Source: an uncultured Candidatus Hydrogenedens sp.
GTDB taxonomy: Bacteria; Myxococcota; UBA4151
Direction of reading: 5' to 3'
DNA length: 64,000 nt
Assembly: GCA_902574205.1 (NCBI GenBank)
Contig: CACGMS010000001.1
Location: 41,819-105,818, forward strand
The first letter of the stretch is position 1; each line of letters starts with the position of its first letter. Below are positions 53,900 to 62,650 of the stretch, piece by piece. A program made the translations under genes and the position numbers. The notes beneath the pieces are model-generated. The model worked only from the letters and a program-made list of their open reading frames with translations. It was not told where the DNA came from and made no database searches.

Positions 53900-53903
53900 G
53901 CGC

Positions 53904-54671
53904 CTATTCCGCTGCTCGCCGACGTGCCAATTCAATCAAAGAGCCATAGGTGGGATCAAAGGTTTGGATCACATCGATAACTTCCATCGTTCGAGGATCG
54001 ATAACCGAGTTGAGCGGCGTACCAAAACGTACGCTGCCACCACCCGTTCGAGGGATCATGCTGAAGCCGTTGTCATAGCCGACATAACTGGTGTCGAGAT
54101 TATAGGTGTCACGCCAGTGGTTTGCACCTTCCATGGAGGCGGGCTTTGTACCGTTTGAGTCTTCGATTTTCAGCGTCAGCACCTTAATATTCAAACCTTC
54201 TTGTCGCCAGTTAGACAGCATTTGCGTGAGCCCAGATGCCTGCGATGTACACCGCGAGCAGCCGTATTGAGACGTGATGAGCAGCACAGCGTGAATGCCG
54301 CGCGAACCGTCACAATCAAAGAACTCTTGAATCCTTATTTCACGCTCTTGTGCCTCGCCAGGACCTAAGCCTTGCCAGGCTAAAGTGGGTGGGACAAAAT
54401 CACCCACACCGACACCCCGATGGTTTGAGGGCCAGTCGCATGGTGGTGGACCGGTATCGGGTCGAGGCGAACCGGCGTCTGGTGAAAATGCACCCGTATC
54501 TCGTCCGAGTACGCCTGCGTCTTGGGTTGGCTGACCTGTGTCGGTATTGGCAGGCAGATTGCCGCTATCGGATACCGACCCTCGACGGGAACCGGATGGT
54601 GGTGGCGGGCCGCATGCCGCATGCAGAAGGAGTGTCGTGACCAGACTAAAGCCCAGGTGTCGTCGATCCAT
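53904..54671 (-). CDS. Lipoprotein with a thioredoxin-like CxxC domain (tentative)
   Basis: The lipobox is LLLHAAC, followed by a Pro/Gly/Ser/Asp-rich linker. The CxxC motif is LLITSQYGCSRCTSQ. It lies 4 nt upstream of the esterase start. Confidence 0.7.
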   Translation of the reverse strand: MDRRHLGFSLVTTLLLHAACGPPPPSGSRRGSVSDSGNLPANTDTGQPTQDAGVLGRDTGAFSPDAGSPRPDTGPPPCDWPSNHRGVGVGDFVPPTLAWQGLGPGEAQEREIRIQEFFDCDGSRGIHAVLLITSQYGCSRCTSQASGLTQMLSNWRQEGLNIKVLTLKIEDSNGTKPASMEGANHWRDTYNLDTSYVGYDNGFSMIPRTGGGSVRFGTPLNSVIDPRTMEVIDVIQTFDPTYGSLIELARRRAAE

Positions 54672-54871
54672 TCATCACTCCACTCAGAACGTTTGCTGAT
54701 TGAATCCGGTACAGTTTGTCACTCTTGGCAATTTTGCACAAATCACCTTGTGTCGGGCTCGGGAACGGTCTTGAGTACTCGGAGTGGCGATGATTTTGCA
54801 GGTCGCCATGGCGCCTCGTTGATTCCTGGGTTAATTGCTTGGTGTTCAGCATATCAGTTTGTTGAAAAGGG

Positions 54872-56041
54872 ATGGCGGGTTTGACCACTCAATCATCACC
54901 AAAGCGGGGTACATGGCGGCGTCGACTTCTGCAGTTCGGCTCGTTCTTGCTTGGTGCGCTTGGGGCATTGTTTGCCTGCGCTTATCCTGAAATTGGGCGC
55001 GCCCCATCGGGCGATCACTTGGACCGAATCGCTAAGTCGCCGAACTACAACACCAAGGCGAAGCGTTTTGTGAACCCGCGTCAGCGCGCGTACGACGAGG
55101 CTCGTAAGGGCTTGACGATGGGTGAGTTTCTTAAGGCGGCTTGGTTTGGTCAGCAGAAGCGTTCCCCGGATGGTAAGTTGCCGGAGTCCAAAGTGGATCT
55201 CGAAGCCTTTCTTGCCAGCGATCGCTTAGCTTACGTTTGGCTGGGTCACTCGACCATCTTGCTGCGAATCGATGGTCAAACTATTCTGATGGATCCCATT
55301 TTTCACAACGCGGCACCGCTCTCGTTTCTGGTGAGGCGATTCCAGCCGCCTGTGCTGAAATTAGAGGAGTTGCCGCCGATCGATTTGGTACTCATTTCGC
55401 ATGATCATTACGATCATCTTAGCCGTCGATCGATTCTGTTTTTTCGTGACCAAAAGACAAAGTTTATCGTTCCTTTGGGCTTGTCCTCTTATTTGGAGGG
55501 CTGGGGGATCGCTCCTGAGCGAGTGACGGAACTGGATTGGTGGCAGGAGGTGGAGTGGGAAGGGCTCAAAGTCGTCTGTACACCATCTCAGCATTTCTCG
55601 GGTCGCTCGGGGGTGAATGCGAATCCGACCTTGTGGGCATCGTGGACTGTAGTTGGGTCATCGCAGCGCTTCTACTTTAGCGGTGATTCGGGGTACGATC
55701 AGCACTTTCGTGAAATTGGGAAGCGTTTTGGTCCGTTTGATGTCGCCTTTATGGAGTGTGGTCAGTACAATCCCTTGTGGCCTATGGCACACTTGTTCCC
55801 CAACGAGACCGTTCGCGCGGGCCAGGAATTACGAGCACATGCGATTCAACCCATTCATTGGGGTATGTATCAATTATCCCACCATGACTGGTTTGAGCCT
55901 CCAGAGTTCTCTCGGCGCTTTGGTGAGGAACTCGGGCTACGCGTCCTGACACCGATTCTTGGTCAACTCGTCGACCCCAAGCGTTCGGTTACATTTGAGC
56001 GCTGGTGGAAGGATGCGTTGCCACCTAAATCGTCTCAATGA
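54872..56041 (+). CDS. MBL-fold metallo-hydrolase (NAPE-PLD-like)
   Basis: WLGHSTILLRIDGQTILMDPIF and LISHDHYDHL form the HxHxDH motif. There is one N-terminal TM segment. Confidence 0.85.
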   Translation: MAGLTTQSSPKRGTWRRRLLQFGSFLLGALGALFACAYPEIGRAPSGDHLDRIAKSPNYNTKAKRFVNPRQRAYDEARKGLTMGEFLKAAWFGQQKRSPDGKLPESKVDLEAFLASDRLAYVWLGHSTILLRIDGQTILMDPIFHNAAPLSFLVRRFQPPVLKLEELPPIDLVLISHDHYDHLSRRSILFFRDQKTKFIVPLGLSSYLEGWGIAPERVTELDWWQEVEWEGLKVVCTPSQHFSGRSGVNANPTLWASWTVVGSSQRFYFSGDSGYDQHFREIGKRFGPFDVAFMECGQYNPLWPMAHLFPNETVRAGQELRAHAIQPIHWGMYQLSHHDWFEPPEFSRRFGEELGLRVLTPILGQLVDPKRSVTFERWWKDALPPKSSQ

Positions 56042-56088
56042 GTGGTCCTTGCGCATGCTCATCCCAGCAAAAGGTTTGGCTTCTCCCA

Positions 56089-57093
56089 TCATTTGGGCTC
56101 ATCGACTTGCTGGTCAGGCGACATCAACCGGTTCGCTAGCGCAAAGCCACCAATCAGCAAACCAACGACGGCATAATCGAGCACCGGAATGCGTGTGATC
56201 TCGTGCCACTGAGCTAAACGATCGGTCCAGATATAGACACCGATCATTGAGGCCAAAAAGGCGACGGCGATGCCTTGGCGAAGTCGACTTGACCAACCCA
56301 AGCCATGCATTTGGGTCAAGATAAACACGCTGCCAAAGCCGTAACCAAACATGGCCCACATCCCTTTACCCTGGGCGTAGGCCACAAGAACGGCGTGAGG
56401 GATGACCAGAATTTCAAGGAAGAGCGTCCACCAGCGGTTCATGTGGGCGCGGTTGAAAATCAATACCGATTGCCAGAGTAAGAGCAGCAGATAAAAGAAG
56501 CCCCAGAGATGACCGGTGGTGGCGACGGCAGGGTGGTACCAAAAGGTGTAGATGAGCGCCCAGGAGAACAGGTAGCCATGGTAGGCTTTGGTGACAGCAA
56601 GAAGGCGTTTGGGTAGCTTGGTCCCCTTACCCCAAAACAAGCCGCGTCGAGGCGCTTCTAGAATCAAAATAACCATGAGCATGAGCGCGACTGAACCCAA
56701 AGCGGTGACCTCGGGAACGTCTTGCGCTAAGCCGTCAAACCAAAGGTGGGTTTGCAGGATATGCAGGCCCGCAAACAGGACGTTGACCGCCACCATTGCC
56801 CAGTTGAATCCACGCATTTTATCGCTGAACCCAGGCTTCTTTCGCTGGGCGTAAGCGATGATGATCCAGACCGATAGGTTGTGCCCCGCATAACCGAGCC
56901 AGGCGCTGAGTTGGCTCCAGGAGCTGGGTTCGACCAGGCGCCATGGGTAGTTAAAGGGTTTGGTGGGTCCGATGAGCGCAAAGTCGCTCAAACCGGCAGC
57001 GGTGGCGGCAATGATCGCGGTGATGGCGCCAGCAAAGAGGACGCCGCCGATCAGCGGTTTGTAGGCCTGAGTGAGCACGATCATCGCGTCCAT
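56089..57093 (-). CDS. Hypothetical polytopic membrane protein
   Basis: It has about 8-9 hydrophobic segments. No family was recognised. Confidence 0.7.
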   Translation of the reverse strand: MDAMIVLTQAYKPLIGGVLFAGAITAIIAATAAGLSDFALIGPTKPFNYPWRLVEPSSWSQLSAWLGYAGHNLSVWIIIAYAQRKKPGFSDKMRGFNWAMVAVNVLFAGLHILQTHLWFDGLAQDVPEVTALGSVALMLMVILILEAPRRGLFWGKGTKLPKRLLAVTKAYHGYLFSWALIYTFWYHPAVATTGHLWGFFYLLLLLWQSVLIFNRAHMNRWWTLFLEILVIPHAVLVAYAQGKGMWAMFGYGFGSVFILTQMHGLGWSSRLRQGIAVAFLASMIGVYIWTDRLAQWHEITRIPVLDYAVVGLLIGGFALANRLMSPDQQVDEPK

Positions 57094-57228
57094 AATCTGT
57101 GATCAAAGTTTGGGCAGAGCGGTGCTCTGAGGTCAACTCTAATGAAACCGGTGATTGCGTGAGTCCAGTTGACGCCGCACGCCGCTGCGGCGACTCTAGG
57201 CGCGCCGATTGTTGCGAGGGACCGTCTG

Positions 57229-58476
57229 ATGCTTCGACTCGCTGCGCTCCTGGTTGGAGCGGTTGTCTGGTTTGGTGTCGCTTCGAACGCGATGGCTTGC
57301 GGTCAACAAACGCATACCTGGATCAGCCTCGAGGCGGCACGTCTACTGCCTGAAGGCCGGCTCAAAGAGCTGCTCAGCAGCGAAGAGGGGCAACGATATC
57401 TGGTGAACGGGAGCATGTTCCCTGACGGCGGCTACGCGATCAGCCACCCTTACGGCGAGGCGGCGCATTGGGCGCCTTTTCATATCGGCTACGCCGACTG
57501 GGTGCGCGCGAATCACCCCGATCCCTACGCATCCGATGAGGGGCGGCTGCATCTCGCCTTCTTGATGGGGGTGGTGTCGCACGGGCTCGCCGATGAGTTT
57601 TACGACGCCACGTTCTTCGCTGCCTCTCGTGTGTACGACGCCGTGGATGGGGTTCCCGATCATCACAACAACTTTGATACCGCCTCGGACATCTTATTCG
57701 CCGCCGCCTCGGGACAGCGCTTGGATCCGGATGCGAGCCTGCCGATGGAGGCGATCCTTCATGTGTACAGTCAGGTTTTGCGCGTGGACGTGAGCGCCGA
57801 TCAGATCGAGCGAGGGCAAAACTTGCTGCGCACGGCGGCGTGGATTGTCGCCATCTCTGCGGATGACCCGTCCGAGGTGGTGGACTCGGAGCGCCAATAC
57901 CCTTGGGCGGCTGAGCATATTAACGATCGCAGCGTCAGCGGCAGCCCGCCCGTGATCGCCGAGGCGGTCGCCTCCTACTGGAAGGGTTTAGAGAAGCGGG
58001 TGCTTGAGCCAGGGCAACCCGATGACTCGCCTTTAGCCTACCAATGGCCTCGCCCGGGTGAGCCCTTGGCGGCGCGTGCCAAAGAGGACCCGGCGAGCCG
58101 CATCGCGCTAATGCTCAGCCGGGCGGTGGGGGAATCGGATCAACTCATCGAGTTGGGCACCGTGGCCGACCATGAGGGCGGTGACATTGAGCACACCAGC
58201 TGGTTCTTTTACCGTGACCACAGCCACATGGTGGTCGCCGAGCCCGCCACCGAATGGCCGGAGACCGAGCGGGTGCATTACCGCTTACCTGAGGGGCTTG
58301 AAGCCTACGATGGCACGCGCTTAGAGGCGCCTGCGGACATCACTTTTCGCACCAAACCCTTGTCCGAGCCTGAACTGCCAGCAGAAGGGTGCTCGTGCAA
58401 CGGGCTAGGCAGTAGCATTTTCGGTTTATTGGCTTTGGCTGGGCTGCGTCGGCGCTTTAACCAGCCTAGCGATTAG
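57229..58476 (+). CDS. Secreted zinc phospholipase C / S1-P1 nuclease-like fold protein (tentative) with a MYXO-CTERM-like tail
   Basis: I prefer the start MLRLAALLVGAVVWFGVASNAMA. The mature N-terminus CGQQTHTWISLEAARLL and later HGLADEFYD resemble the Zn-PLC family. The C-terminus is EGCSCNGLGSSIFGLLALAGLRRR. Confidence 0.7.
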   Translation: MLRLAALLVGAVVWFGVASNAMACGQQTHTWISLEAARLLPEGRLKELLSSEEGQRYLVNGSMFPDGGYAISHPYGEAAHWAPFHIGYADWVRANHPDPYASDEGRLHLAFLMGVVSHGLADEFYDATFFAASRVYDAVDGVPDHHNNFDTASDILFAAASGQRLDPDASLPMEAILHVYSQVLRVDVSADQIERGQNLLRTAAWIVAISADDPSEVVDSERQYPWAAEHINDRSVSGSPPVIAEAVASYWKGLEKRVLEPGQPDDSPLAYQWPRPGEPLAARAKEDPASRIALMLSRAVGESDQLIELGTVADHEGGDIEHTSWFFYRDHSHMVVAEPATEWPETERVHYRLPEGLEAYDGTRLEAPADITFRTKPLSEPELPAEGCSCNGLGSSIFGLLALAGLRRRFNQPSD

Positions 58477-59306
58477 CCCCATTTGGCGATGGCACTAATT
58501 GCAGCAGCACCAATGATACAACCGATAACTCCGCCAACGGGTCCGATGGCCCCACCCGCAGCTAAGCCGATTTTACCGCCGCTGAGGTCGAGCCCCGCGA
58601 CCACGACGTCACGTCTAGGGTCTGAATCACCGCTGTCTTGACCGTACTTCAACCAAAATTTGACTGAGCCTCCGCCAATTCCTCTGGCAATCCGACCCGA
58701 GTTACCTCCATCATAAGCGCCTCGCCCACGGCCGATATCAGCAAATGCTGAGTGCGCGTGTTCGGCTGCGTTTTCATCGGGCGCAAATCCATCAACAACG
58801 GCTCGTACGTCGTTGACGAACCAGTCCGGAACACTGTCCATGGTTGCCAGATGAGCATAGAGCCCCTGAGCAAGTGTACCTCCCTCTGGAATGGCTTGGA
58901 GGACCTTATTGAGTTCTTTGATCACCTCGCCGCTGACGCGTTGCGTTTCCCCGCAGTTGTAGCCCAATTCGCACATCCAATTTGCGACAGTACTGCTTAG
59001 GCGGCTGATGTTGCTGGCTGGGTTATCACCCAACGTGATTTCACCTGATTCGAGTTTTTCTTTGATCATCAGGACTGCCGCGTTGTGCAGCATGCCTAGC
59101 TCTTGCTCGCCAACACTCGGAATCGGCTCCGTTGGTACGGGTTCACTCCCTGCGTCGGCGACCTCTTCGCCGGCATCAGCGGTGACAATGTTCTGCTCGG
59201 GTGGGCACTCCTGAGAAACATATCTGGTTCTGGTTCCGTCGTCACCACAGGGCCCTGAGCCCATCAAAAGTACAACGAAGGCAGCGAAGAGTAGGCGAGC
59301 GTTCAT
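58473..59306 (-). CDS. Hypothetical secreted/lipoprotein with a Gly-rich (glycine-zipper-like) C-terminus
   Basis: I prefer the start MNARLLFAAFVVLLMGSGPC. The C-terminus is GLAAGGAIGPVGGVIGCIIGAAAISAIAKWG. It converges on the previous gene with a 4-nt overlap. Confidence 0.65.
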   Translation of the reverse strand: MNARLLFAAFVVLLMGSGPCGDDGTRTRYVSQECPPEQNIVTADAGEEVADAGSEPVPTEPIPSVGEQELGMLHNAAVLMIKEKLESGEITLGDNPASNISRLSSTVANWMCELGYNCGETQRVSGEVIKELNKVLQAIPEGGTLAQGLYAHLATMDSVPDWFVNDVRAVVDGFAPDENAAEHAHSAFADIGRGRGAYDGGNSGRIARGIGGGSVKFWLKYGQDSGDSDPRRDVVVAGLDLSGGKIGLAAGGAIGPVGGVIGCIIGAAAISAIAKWG

Positions 59307-59418
59307 ACAAGACACCTTTCGAGGGGTTCGAACTCTAAGTTTAGGGTGGGATCCTGGTGAAGACAAGATATCGAGAGAGCCAAGAGGCTGTGTCTACCCT
59401 CTAAAACTCGCTTAGGTT

Positions 59419-60018
59419 CTATTGAGCCTCAAAGGCGCCGAGGCGTTTACGCGCCTCGGCGAAGGTCTCTTTGACGTCCTGTGCGAGCTTGGGGTCGAGT
59501 TTTTCGAGTCCGCCATAAAGACCGCTCGCTTCTTCAAAGCCTTTGTCCATGGCTTGGCGCATCAACTCGGCAAACTCGGAGCGCTCGGACTGAGACCCCT
59601 TGACTTCGCTGGGTTGCTTTTGCGCTTTAAGAAATGAATCAAACATAGCGATGGCGACTCCGGCTAAGCGCTTGCCACGCGCCTGCGGTGAGTCGTCGTT
59701 TACCTTGGGTGGGTTGGTGGCATCGTAGCGATTAACCAGGGTATTTTTGAGCTCTTCGACCTGTTTGTTCAGGCGCGCCTTGGTGCGCTCCATCAACGAG
59801 GGGATCTCGTGCCGTTTGAGGTGCTCACTAAGCGCTGACTTCATCTGGCTCTGGGCGCTGCGTTCAAATTGGTTGCGTTGCGCACGCTCACGCAGCGCCG
59901 AGAGTTTGATGGACGACTCTAAGTCGACGTACTCGATGGAGATCGCCGGAGGACGCGCAAAAGACGGCGGCTTGGTTGCGATGTTGTGGGCACCAAAGGC
60001 GCCGATTTTGTGAACCAC
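59419..60018 (-). CDS. Hypothetical protein (DUF5610-like, tentative)
   Basis: It is helical and charged, with no signal peptide. FAELMRQAMDKGFEEASGLYGGLEKLDPKLAQDVKETFAEARKRL resembles DUF5610 as I remember it. Confidence 0.6.
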   Translation of the reverse strand: MVHKIGAFGAHNIATKPPSFARPPAISIEYVDLESSIKLSALRERAQRNQFERSAQSQMKSALSEHLKRHEIPSLMERTKARLNKQVEELKNTLVNRYDATNPPKVNDDSPQARGKRLAGVAIAMFDSFLKAQKQPSEVKGSQSERSEFAELMRQAMDKGFEEASGLYGGLEKLDPKLAQDVKETFAEARKRLGAFEAQ

Positions 60019-60088
60019 AGCCGCTCCCTCCTTGGTGCTTGCCGCTAGTCAGTTTAGCAGTTTGCTCGTGTCGATTCTAGTCCGATAG

Positions 60089-61669
60089 CTAATAGCGTAT
60101 ACCGCAGCACATCATAGATTTTTCAGCGGTGGTATGATTATTACCGTTTACACAAGCCCTTTGGCTTCCTGCTGTCTGCGGACCTTCCGCATTAAAGCCA
60201 TAAAAGTTACTTCGACATTGGACGGTCGATGTCACCTCACGACCCCAAGCATTGTAGCGGCAAGCGTGCCGCTGGTATGCGAACCTACAACTGCCACCAC
60301 CATGGCTGTTTCCTGCTGTCGTCGTTGATATTTCTCCATCTGACTCGCAGCGGTGTGTCACAGTTTGACAGCTAAAAACCGGCCGGTCGCCTGTATAGCG
60401 TCCAGTCTCACCGTTGACTTGGAAGACCACATTACCGGCACGATTACGCATAACCAAGCCTTGATTGTTATCAGAATTAAGTTCGACAGCTGCATTACCT
60501 GCCTGATTACGCATCACCAATTTACTACCCATTAGAGTTTCGATGCCTGAGCGCGTGCGCAACCAGCCATCGGCCTCTAAATCGTTGCCGGCATAGATGG
60601 TGCCGTCTTCGAAGGTTTCGTCAAAGTGCAACGACCAGCTGTGCAGCGTGCCCTCGGCGCCGGCGTCGGCGTCGATCACCACCAAGCGCCAGACCCCGGA
60701 GGCGTCCTCGCCGACCATGCGCTCAAGACTGCTGCTCGCCGGCAGCGTCTCTCGCCCGTAGCGGGTGTTGATGTTCTGTCCGGCGCCGGCCTGGTGCAGC
60801 ACCACCTCGGTGCCTGCGGGCGAGGTTAAGGTGACCGACAGCTGGCTGGTGTCTGGATGATCAATGCGCAGCTGGACCGTGAGGCGCTCGATGCCCTCTT
60901 GCAGCTGGATGTTGCTGTTGATCAGCCCGGTAATACCAACCAAGTTGGCGTCGGGGATGGCGATCGGATTTTGCACCGAGGCGACCGATTGTCCGGCGAC
61001 GACGTTGCCTAAGTTCACGTCACCTTGTCCTTGAAACCCTTGCGCAAAACCGCCGGCGGGTCCGGCTGGACCTTGATCGCCTTGAGGACCCGCAGGACCT
61101 TGAATACCTTGATCACCTTGCGCGCCTTGTGGACCGGCTGGACCCTGGACGCCTTGGTCGCCTTGGTCGCCTTGCGGTCCGCGCTCACCAGCTGGGCCTT
61201 GCTCGCCGCGCCCAGGAATGTCCGGACCTACCCAATTGCCCGTTTCATCGATGACCATCTGCTCGCCGATGGTGACCGTGCGTGGGTGGATGTTGCGCCC
61301 AGCCACGTCGCCTGCTTGTTGGGCAAAGGGCACCGCGCCCAAGCGTTGGCGCGGCGTGAGCTCATCGCCGTCATCGATGGTTAGGCCTAAATGCAAATCG
61401 GCGCGGTTAAAGAGCCCGGCAGGAAAGGGGGTCTCTCGCCCCAGACTCACGCTAAAGGCGCCTTGGCGCACCACCACGTCGGCGACGCGCTCGGTCCAGA
61501 CCGCCTCGCCGCCTTGTCCTTGCTCATACAGAGCAAAGCGCAGCGCCACGACCGCCTCTAAGGGCTGGTCGTTTAGGTCGGTTAGAAAGCCGTCGTAGAT
61601 CATCGGGCGCGCCTGAGCCGGCAGCGCTGCGAGGACGGTAGCGAGAAGAACAATGAACTTAAGGCGCAC
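60089..61669 (-). CDS. Collagen-like triple-helix repeat protein with a tail-fibre-like N-domain and a proprotein-convertase P-domain
   Basis: The GTG at 61669 gives [20 protein letters not shown], a signal peptide; the track ORF starts at 61717 and would overlap the upstream gene by 59 nt. There are 17 G-X-Y triplets. The P-domain pattern is [29 protein letters not shown]...[30 protein letters not shown]. The C-terminus is Cys-rich. Confidence 0.82.
   Translation of the reverse strand: MRLKFIVLLATVLAALPAQARPMIYDGFLTDLNDQPLEAVVALRFALYEQGQGGEAVWTERVADVVVRQGAFSVSLGRETPFPAGLFNRADLHLGLTIDDGDELTPRQRLGAVPFAQQAGDVAGRNIHPRTVTIGEQMVIDETGNWVGPDIPGRGEQGPAGERGPQGDQGDQGVQGPAGPQGAQGDQGIQGPAGPQGDQGPAGPAGGFAQGFQGQGDVNLGNVVAGQSVASVQNPIAIPDANLVGITGLINSNIQLQEGIERLTVQLRIDHPDTSQLSVTLTSPAGTEVVLHQAGAGQNINTRYGRETLPASSSLERMVGEDASGVWRLVVIDADAGAEGTLHSWSLHFDETFEDGTIYAGNDLEADGWLRTRSGIETLMGSKLVMRNQAGNAAVELNSDNNQGLVMRNRAGNVVFQVNGETGRYTGDRPVFSCQTVTHRCESDGEISTTTAGNSHGGGSCRFAYQRHACRYNAWGREVTSTVQCRSNFYGFNAEGPQTAGSQRACVNGNNHTTAEKSMMCCGIRY
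61055..61207 (-). repeat. Collagen-like G-X-Y x17 coding repeat
   Basis: The translation is [52 protein letters not shown], residues 171-221 of the track ORF. Confidence 0.9.
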
Positions 61670-62513
61670 GAAAGCCCCCTTTGAGTTTGTAGCGGTCGTT
61701 GGTAGGCCCTTTGGCATCGAGGGCTCTTAGGCGACCGCGCACACGGTATCCCGTGCCTTGCATGGCGCCGCCTTGAGGCGGTCGACGCTGCAGACCGGGT
61801 GCTCGGTAATCAGGGCGAGCCGGGTTGGGGTCGCAATCGTCCCCTGCGCCGTCGCCGTCGGTATCGGTTTGGTTGGCGTTGGAAAAACCAGGGCAGTTGT
61901 CGCGCGCATCGGCGATCCCGTCGCCATCACTATCAAGCGGAATGCATAGACCTTCTCTGCAGCTAAAGCCCTCTTCACAGTCGCTATCTTGCCCACACTG
62001 CGGTGCGTCGGGTGGGTCTTCGTTGCAGCGCTCGTTGCGGCACCACAGCGAGGGCGGACAGTCACGATCGACCGCACAAGGGGGGCGCAAGCAGGCCGCC
62101 GTGCACAGGTCGGTGTCGTCGTCGTTGGCGTCATCGCAGGCCTCAAAGCCGGGCTGCCCCTCCGAGCGGTCCATACGCACGATCCCGTCGCCGCATACCG
62201 CCCCTTGGCAGGTGCTCACGCAGGCGTCTTGGTCGACGTTGTTGCCGTCATCACAGGCTTCATAACCTTCATCGAGCGGAGTCAGGTCTTGCCGGGTGAT
62301 GCCATCGCCGCAGCGCGCCACTTGACAGTTGGCGGCGCAGGCGTCGGTGACGTCGGTGTTGCCGTCGTCGCAGGCCTCGCCCTCATCGACCACGCCGTTG
62401 CCGCAGGTTGCTGCGGCACCACCCGCACCAGCACCGCCGGTGCCATCCGAGCCGGAGCAGGCGGCGAAGAGGGTGAGGATACACAGAAGTAAAGACCGTC
62501 TCATCATGGACAC
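61659..62513 (-). CDS. Lipoprotein: 3 Cys-rich CGDG/CDDGN units + Cys-knot-like segment + thrombospondin type-3 (calcium-binding) repeat
   Basis: The lipobox is LTLFAAC. There are 3 CDDGN units. The TSP3 repeat is [35 protein letters not shown]. Confidence 0.85.
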   Translation of the reverse strand: MSMMRRSLLLCILTLFAACSGSDGTGGAGAGGAAATCGNGVVDEGEACDDGNTDVTDACAANCQVARCGDGITRQDLTPLDEGYEACDDGNNVDQDACVSTCQGAVCGDGIVRMDRSEGQPGFEACDDANDDDTDLCTAACLRPPCAVDRDCPPSLWCRNERCNEDPPDAPQCGQDSDCEEGFSCREGLCIPLDSDGDGIADARDNCPGFSNANQTDTDGDGAGDDCDPNPARPDYRAPGLQRRPPQGGAMQGTGYRVRGRLRALDAKGPTNDRYKLKGGFRAP

Positions 62514-62650
62514 TACTTTGGCCTAGGTGTTGGTCCTCAACAAGGGGTTGAGACACCTCAGGGGCGGTCTCTCTCGCCTCGATGTCGGCCAACACCTTGT
62601 CAACGGTTCTCAGAGATGGGCACATTGATTCTCGAAGCAAAGGGTGCATC

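Noticed and set aside
61670-61717. The track start (ATG 61717) for the collagen-like protein.
   Set aside because: It would overlap the upstream CDS by 59 nt and add 16 polar residues before the signal peptide. The GTG at 61669 gives a canonical signal peptide, but no experimental evidence favours either start.
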